From Acaryochloridaceae cyanobacterium VAR_48_metabat_390 (GTDB lineage: Bacteria > Cyanobacteriota > Cyanobacteriia > Thermosynechococcales > Thermosynechococcaceae): DNA of 10,480 nt. The notes beneath the pieces are model-generated. The model searched no databases. It was not told the DNA's origin and worked only from the letters and a program-made list of their open reading frames with translations. The DNA is taken from positions 1 through 10,480 of the forward strand of contig JANPLU010000120.1 in assembly GCA_031422435.1 (NCBI GenBank). Reading direction: 5' to 3'. Made by a program: the position numbers and the translations under genes. Position 1 is the stretch's first letter, and each line of letters starts with the position of its first letter. Shown here piece by piece: positions 7,364 to 10,480 of this stretch.

Positions 7364-9109
7364 GTGCAGCAGGTTGATTTAACGACGTTAATCGCCCTTA
7401 AGGGCGAATTATGTGCGCAGTGGATCCCTGCACGACTGGAGCAGGTGTATCAGTGCGATCGCTTTACGGTCAAGCTGGCGCTAAGAACGCTCAAAAAGCG
7501 AGGCTGGCTCACCCTCAGTTGGCACCCTCAGGCGGCGCGACTGGGCATGGGGGAATCACCCCCGCGCGTACCAGATACCTTTACCTTTAGCCAGCAGTTG
7601 GTGCATCAGCTTAGCGGGTTTGCCCTGGTTGCGGTTGAGCAAATTGCCCCGTGGGAGCGGGTGATTGACCTCCAGTTTGCCCAGCGCCCACAAGAGCCAC
7701 CCCAGTGGCATCTCTATGTCGAAATTATGGGCAAGTACAGTAATGTTATTCTGACCACGGCAGATCACCTGATTGTGACGGCAGCGCACCAAGTTAGCAA
7801 CAACCAGTCACGGGTGCGTACCATCCAAACCGGAAGACCCTATGAGCTACCGCCAGGACTGACGGGGCCAACGCCTGCTTTAGCAGAGACTCAGGAGAGT
7901 TGGTGCGATCGCCTCTCTCTCATCCCTGGACCGCTCAAAACCACCATTCTTAAGGTGTATCGTGGACTCAGTTCGGCGCTGGTGCTAGAAATACTGGAGA
8001 AGGCGCAGCTAGACCCTACGCAAACCACAGACACTTTAACTACATCTGAATGGGACACCTTATATCAAGTCTGGCAAAGCTGGTTAACAATGCTAAACAG
8101 CCGCACGTTTCAACCCGGTTGGCGTGCCAATGGTGGGTTTACATTACTGGGCTGGGGGATGACGCAGGCAGCGTCATCGGTTCAGGCGTTAGTGGACGGC
8201 TACTATACAGCCCAGCTTAATCAGCAGACTTTTCAGCAAATGCGCCATCAGCTTTTGCAAAAGTTGGGCAATGTATTGGCAAAGCTGCAAACGAAGGCCG
8301 ATGTTTTTCTAAAGCAGATGGCAGATTCTGACCAGGCCGATCATCATCGTCAACAGGCAGACCTGCTAATGGCAAACCTTCAGCACTGGCGGCTTGGGAT
8401 GTCTGACATTACGCTGCCTGATTTTGAAACCGAGCAGCCTGTGACCATTACCCTAAACCCAGAACGCAATGCGGTACAGAATGCCCAGGCGCTGTATCGG
8501 CGGCACCAGAAATTAAGGCGATCGCAGAATCACGTTAAACCTCTGTTAGAAGCAGTGCAGCAAGAAATTGATTACTTAGCACAGGTGGAAGTCACAGTTG
8601 AGGCATTAGCGCAGTTTGAGAGCGCAGAAGATCTCCAGATTTTGATTGAGATCCGCGAAGAGCTAATTGCGCAGAAGTATCTCTCTGACCCTGACTACCA
8701 CGCGCCCGCCAAGGGCAAAGCCGACTTTTATCGCTACAAATCTCCCAGCGGTGGAGAAATTTTGGTGGGGCGCAACAATCAACAAAATGAGCAGCTTAGC
8801 TTTAAGGTTGCCAATGCCTACGACCTGTGGTTTCATACCCAAGAAATACCAGGTAGTCACGTCTTGCTTCGCCTAGAGGCTGGCACTGCTGCTGAACCCC
8901 AGGACTTGCAGCAGGCCGCGAACCTTGCCGCGTACCATAGCCGTGCCCGTCAAAGTACCCAAGTGCCCGTAGTGTGGACGGAACCTAAAAACGTTTACAA
9001 ACCCAAGGGGGCAAAACCTGGGATGGTGGTTTACAAACATGAAAACGTCATTTGGGGAAACCCCCAGGCAGTTCTACTTCCTACTTTAGACATCAATGCG
9101 TTGGCGTAA
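7364..9109 (+). CDS. rqcH: Ribosome quality control factor RqcH / Rqc2 (NFACT, FbpA family)
   Basis: 581 aa. NFACT-N (WERVIDL, LYVEIMGKYSN), coiled coil (NAQALY...KL.R), and NFACT-R (VGRNN.QN..L, DLWFH...PGSHV, KPKGAKPGMV). Confidence 0.93.
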   Translation: MQQVDLTTLIALKGELCAQWIPARLEQVYQCDRFTVKLALRTLKKRGWLTLSWHPQAARLGMGESPPRVPDTFTFSQQLVHQLSGFALVAVEQIAPWERVIDLQFAQRPQEPPQWHLYVEIMGKYSNVILTTADHLIVTAAHQVSNNQSRVRTIQTGRPYELPPGLTGPTPALAETQESWCDRLSLIPGPLKTTILKVYRGLSSALVLEILEKAQLDPTQTTDTLTTSEWDTLYQVWQSWLTMLNSRTFQPGWRANGGFTLLGWGMTQAASSVQALVDGYYTAQLNQQTFQQMRHQLLQKLGNVLAKLQTKADVFLKQMADSDQADHHRQQADLLMANLQHWRLGMSDITLPDFETEQPVTITLNPERNAVQNAQALYRRHQKLRRSQNHVKPLLEAVQQEIDYLAQVEVTVEALAQFESAEDLQILIEIREELIAQKYLSDPDYHAPAKGKADFYRYKSPSGGEILVGRNNQQNEQLSFKVANAYDLWFHTQEIPGSHVLLRLEAGTAAEPQDLQQAANLAAYHSRARQSTQVPVVWTEPKNVYKPKGAKPGMVVYKHENVIWGNPQAVLLPTLDINALA

Positions 9110-9139
9110 GGGCGTACATTACATTTTATCAGGCTCCCG

Positions 9140-9769
9140 CTAGGCGCACCCTTCTACAAACTCAACCTCTGGCAACTTTCCAGCTCGAAATTGAGTCACA
9201 CGACCGTTTAGGGTTTCAAAGATCACTCGATAGTTGCTATCTGAGGCATCTTTAGGCACAAAGGTTAGGTAGTGTCCCCCGCTACGCCCCGTGTACTTAT
9301 GAGGGGTTACTCGAATTTGACCAGGATATAGAGATTTAATTCGGGCTTCTGTGTCGCCAATTTTTGCGCCACTTAGGGTAGTGATGGAGCTGCCCTTGTA
9401 GATATCCACTCTGGTAATCCGATCTTGAGTCCGAATAATTCGGTTATCTTCACGATTACTGATTACCATCACCCCTAGGTTCTGCGGCTCTGCTTTAGGT
9501 ACCAGAGAATAGCAGCCACCCGTACCAGCCCGTGCTCCTTTTTCCACAAGCTTTATTCCTGACGATTTTTCAGCTTCAGCAACCGTCATACCAACCCGAA
9601 TCGGACCAATTCCATTGATTGCGACTTTGGATCGCTCAGTGAGCTGAGCCTGAGCAAAGATCGGCACGGCGATTAACGTAATTGAAAGCATAGTGCCAAC
9701 AAATAAGGCTAAACGTGTTCTTTGCTGGTGTATGAGTCTTCCTCTCAATAATTTAGGTTGCTGGTTCAT
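9140..9769 (-). CDS. Secreted hypothetical protein (signal peptide; GIGPIRVGMT...T.SG..IG...F.T....V...RAG.......EGC family)
   Basis: 209-aa ORF with a basic N-region, hydrophobic LALFVGTMLSITLIAVPIF and an A-Q-A cleavage motif. Two Cys (GGC and terminal EGCA). The start codon is uncertain. Confidence 0.8.
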   Translation of the reverse strand: MNQQPKLLRGRLIHQQRTRLALFVGTMLSITLIAVPIFAQAQLTERSKVAINGIGPIRVGMTVAEAEKSSGIKLVEKGARAGTGGCYSLVPKAEPQNLGVMVISNREDNRIIRTQDRITRVDIYKGSSITTLSGAKIGDTEARIKSLYPGQIRVTPHKYTGRSGGHYLTFVPKDASDSNYRVIFETLNGRVTQFRAGKLPEVEFVEGCA

Positions 9770-10154
9770 CTAAATGTTCTGCTACCTCTGCATACAAGTT
9801 CATAACATGGCTGTCCGCCAAGCTGTAGTAAATGTTCCGCCCTTCACGACGATATTTTACTAAGCGCTGCGATCGCAATACGCGCAACTGGTGCGACACC
9901 GCCGACTCACCCATCTTGACGACTGCCGCAAGATCGCACACGCATAGCTCTTGCTGCGCTAAAGCAGACAATAGCCGCAAACGACTCGGATCTGCTAGTG
10001 TCCCGAAAAACTCAGCCATCTGCTGGGCTTTCTCGATGGAAACAATCTCTGGCTGCACCTGCCAAACATTTTCGAGATGGACTAAGTAGGCATCACAGTT
10101 TGGAGCATCAGAGACTTCTGAAGTTTTGATTTTGGATGAATGTGTCTCGTTCAT
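9753..10154 (-). CDS. ziaR: ArsR/SmtB-family Zn-sensing repressor, ZiaR-like
   Basis: N-arm CD..LVHLE.V, AQQMAEFF..LADPSRLRL, ELCVCDLA, SAVSHQLR.LRSQRLVKYRR, and the alpha5 metal site DSH-x10-HLDE. RBS GAGGAG. Confidence 0.88.
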   Translation of the reverse strand: MNETHSSKIKTSEVSDAPNCDAYLVHLENVWQVQPEIVSIEKAQQMAEFFGTLADPSRLRLLSALAQQELCVCDLAAVVKMGESAVSHQLRVLRSQRLVKYRREGRNIYYSLADSHVMNLYAEVAEHLDEPAT

Positions 10155-10275
10155 ACTGACTCCTCAAGTAATGCTTTCAAATCTCGCCGCCCATAGACTA
10201 CACGGACAATATCAATTCCGTTTTCATGAGGATAGTAAAATACATGTAACTATTAGAAAACATAACCGTACATTT
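10151..10275 (-). pseudogene. ParE/RelE toxin C-terminal remnant
   Basis: Minus-strand VFYYPHENGIDIVRVVYGRRDLKALLEESV* (10243-10151) matches the ParE IFY.....G..I.RV.HG.RD tail. Upstream FSNSY is out of frame and the N-terminal half is missing. Confidence 0.8.
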
Positions 10276-10419
10276 TTAATCTTGTTTCATCTTATTCAAC
10301 TTGTCTTTTATTTGATGAAAAAATGCTTCTCCATCTACGACTTTCCCTTGTTGAATTTGTTGTGTTCCTTCATCAATCTTTTCTTTCAGTTCGACAATAT
10401 TCTGTTCTTTATTGTTCAT
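10276..10419 (-). pseudogene. ParD-like antitoxin, C-terminal half (47-aa ORF, RHH domain absent)
   Basis: MNNKEQNIVELKEKIDEGTQQIQQGKVVDGEAFFHQIKDKLNKMKQD* matches the EL..KI..G..QI..G.V.DGE..F pattern of ParD (CC2985-type) antitoxins and lies directly upstream of the ParE remnant. Confidence 0.75.
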
Positions 10420-10480
10420 TAGCTTGATAAATATTCCAGGTTACTGAGCTTTATAAAGTGATCGAGCGAATGTCAAGACC

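Larger units (their letters stand above)
686..9876. repeat. HIP1 octamers (GCGATCGC), 10 dispersed copies
   Basis: Copies at 686, 1577, 2266, 2945, 3341, 6286, 6545, 7455, 7905 and 9869; fewer than one is expected by chance. Hallmark of many cyanobacteria. Confidence 0.95.

Noticed and set aside
10126..10422. 98-aa plus-strand ORF
   Set aside because: It is the Phe/Leu-rich antisense shadow of the ParD/ParE remnants.

Overview
Cyanobacterial chromosomal DNA: I counted 10 perfect HIP1 GCGATCGC octamers in 10.5 kb. Intact housekeeping genes are the 5' part of tRNA-Val(CAC) at the left edge, gatB, a 1-Cys peroxiredoxin, remA-gmk, a divergent rqcH/NFACT gene, a ZiaR/SmtB-type Zn repressor and a secreted hypothetical protein. 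Between them lie several decayed accessory modules that the ORF track misses or splits. (i) 181-1210 holds an IS4-family transposase 5' remnant, joined directly to the C-terminal remnant of a probable large SIR2/Dsr-type defence protein, then a broken DUF433/DUF5615 (PIN) toxin-antitoxin pair capped by a REP-like hairpin. (ii) 3457-5133 holds a frameshifted FAD monooxygenase plus a DUF3598-like beta-barrel gene with a nonsense codon. (iii) 10151-10419 holds a ParD/ParE remnant whose stop overlaps the ziaR start. The best candidates for something undescribed are an orphan with an N-terminal QLNLF clamp-binding-like motif plus tandem KOW/SH3-like repeats, a nested RNA structure in the remA-gmk leader, and the operator-less ziaR coupled to a secreted protein. 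No complete novel system is demonstrable from the sequence alone. Family calls come from motif recognition, not database searches.
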